A stretch of 64,000 nucleotides of DNA from an uncultured Acidobacteriota bacterium (GTDB lineage Bacteria > Acidobacteriota > Terriglobia > UBA7540): positions 1,568,001-1,632,000 of the forward strand of contig CAWDSK010000003.1 of assembly GCA_963804995.1 (NCBI GenBank). Reading direction: 5' to 3'. Under the pieces are notes generated by a model. The model searched no databases, was not told the origin of the DNA, and saw nothing but the letters and a program-made list of their open reading frames with translations. This document shows, in pieces, positions 62,584 to 64,000 of the stretch. Both the position numbers and the translations under genes were made by a program. The number at the start of each line of letters is the position of its first letter. Position 1 is the stretch's first letter.

Positions 62584-63573
62584 TCAGTTGATTTGGAATG
62601 TTCCGGTTGCCACCCGCGCGTTACCACAATACATGTCAAGACGATACGTGCCCGGCTTCCAGTGGCCGGCATCGACCCACCCCCAACCGAGGGTATGCCA
62701 GGATGTGCCCCACGTAGCCTCCACATAGGCGTCCAAGGACTGCTTGCCCATTTCGGACCCATCAGGCCTGATCCAGTGCGCGTCGACCTTGAAGTCGATC
62801 TTCCGGCCGGGACTGGCAAAGCTCAGGTCCAGTTCCCAGTAAATTGACCGCGTCGAGCTGCTGTCGAAGCTATAGCGGTAAACGCGTTGCGCCTTTTCAG
62901 GGGTCTTGTCGTGCGGTCCCTCATAGAACTGGATGGTAGCGGATTTTAGGCCCGGAATAGAAAGCCCGTTGGGGACCACATTATTGGGGGGAGAGGGTTG
63001 AGGCACGGGAACGGGGTTCGATTTGATGGGAGTCTCAACGGCCTTTCGCACCAATGTAACGTAAACCGATTGTGACTCGCCGGCCGTAACCGTGATGAGG
63101 TTCTCCCAACTTTGGTAGCCAGGCAAGGAAACCCGCACAGTATACGATCCCGGCCTTAGGCCCGGCAGGCGGATATCACCCTCCGGGCTGGTGATGCCCT
63201 TGGGTTCATCATTCAAGTAAACCTGGGCCTCGCCCGGGGTGGTTTGTACCCGCAGCCCTCCAGTGCGCGGCTGCTCTGTTTCCGCCCGGTTCGCTGACGC
63301 CCGCTTCAAGGCCGTGACCACATCGTTCGCGCCACCGGAGTCGCGAACCCTTTGTTCGCTTTGGGCGGTAAACTCAAAAGCGATGCCCCGCTCACTGACG
63401 ATCTCAGCAACACGCGCGCTAGCAACGCCTCCCTGGAGCAACTCGAGGACCTCCTGTTCATTGAGCGGCTTGCCCTTCTGGGCCTGGGCCACCTGGAAGC
63501 TCATCGAGATAACAAGGGTAAGAAGCAGTGCACTCAGCCCCGCGTGCCTGACTCGGTAGGTTGCACGTTGCAT
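62584..63573 (-). CDS. PEGA-domain secreted protein, tandem paralogue
   Basis: VQTTPGEAQVYLNDEPKG; GWGW..GHWKPGTY C-terminal domain. Confidence 0.85.
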   Translation of the reverse strand: MQRATYRVRHAGLSALLLTLVISMSFQVAQAQKGKPLNEQEVLELLQGGVASARVAEIVSERGIAFEFTAQSEQRVRDSGGANDVVTALKRASANRAETEQPRTGGLRVQTTPGEAQVYLNDEPKGITSPEGDIRLPGLRPGSYTVRVSLPGYQSWENLITVTAGESQSVYVTLVRKAVETPIKSNPVPVPQPSPPNNVVPNGLSIPGLKSATIQFYEGPHDKTPEKAQRVYRYSFDSSSTRSIYWELDLSFASPGRKIDFKVDAHWIRPDGSEMGKQSLDAYVEATWGTSWHTLGWGWVDAGHWKPGTYRLDMYCGNARVATGTFQIN

Positions 63574-63667
63574 ACTTGGAACGTCCCCCCGATTAAACTG
63601 TTTCGTGAGCGATCTTATCAGCAGTGGGGTTCATCTTACAGCAAGGTGTCGCGACAAACAAGTTTTC

Positions 63668-63806
63668 GGTAGCGTGCCAGTTTGACGTAGAGGCGGCGGC
63701 ATTCATCCCGATCTGATCGGGATGCCGCCATATGGCGAGGTAAACTCGCCGCTGCATCATCAAACTGAGACACTACCCAAGTTTTCGGTAGTGTCCGAAC
63801 TTGATG
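63668..63806. repeat. Nested GTAG-ended inverted repeats
   Basis: GGTAGCGTGCCAGTTTGA ... TCAAACTGAGACACTACC enclosing a REP doublet; CAAGTTTTCGGTAG duplicated at 63659 and 63778. Confidence 0.75.
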
Positions 63807-64000
63807 GAGTGATTTCGACGGGGTCTGAAAGGCACAGATTCTGATGCGCTACCTGCTGCTCTTCTCGATGGGGATTCTTTCGTCTCCCAACTTGAACGCA
63901 GCGCCGCGAGCTTGGTGGTTCAATGCCGGCTGGAAGGCGACGCTTGGTGCGAATGGCGACGGCTTGGTCCATTTTTCTACCCATTTTCTTCACTAACTAC

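Overview
GC-rich bacterial chromosomal segment. It is probably Acidobacteriota/Terriglobia-like, inferred from an ADOP-type permease remnant, PilZ/PEGA paralogues and the style of the GTAG repeats. Several single-base frameshifts suggest a long-read assembly. Core and metabolic genes include rpsO-pnp, a kdpD/kdpE-like pair, ppk2, copA, a TamA/BamA-SurA-TamB cluster, tRNA-Ser(GGA), sugar/amine catabolic genes and a GT2-PTPS-PTPS-folE-SDR operon that looks like tetrahydrobiopterin(-glycoside) synthesis. Three accessory patches (about 11.2-16.3 kb, 29.2-36.7 kb, 48.3-50.4 kb) hold PD-(D/E)XK nuclease-like genes, a dCMP deaminase, a broken TA pair, DinB, a kinase-TPR gene and integrase/IS remnants. 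The most striking unexplained structure is a dense set of GTAG/GTGG-ended palindromes (REP/REPIN-like). They bracket single genes like cassettes, enclose one whole gene between inverted repeats, are inserted in frame in a signal-peptide gene, and flank the insertion point of an ORF-less group IIC intron. Also notable are an AT-rich array of a ~31-bp motif, a G-quadruplex-like heptamer tract, and several genes hollowed out by clean internal deletions. All calls come from reading the sequence and recalled family motifs. No searches were run.
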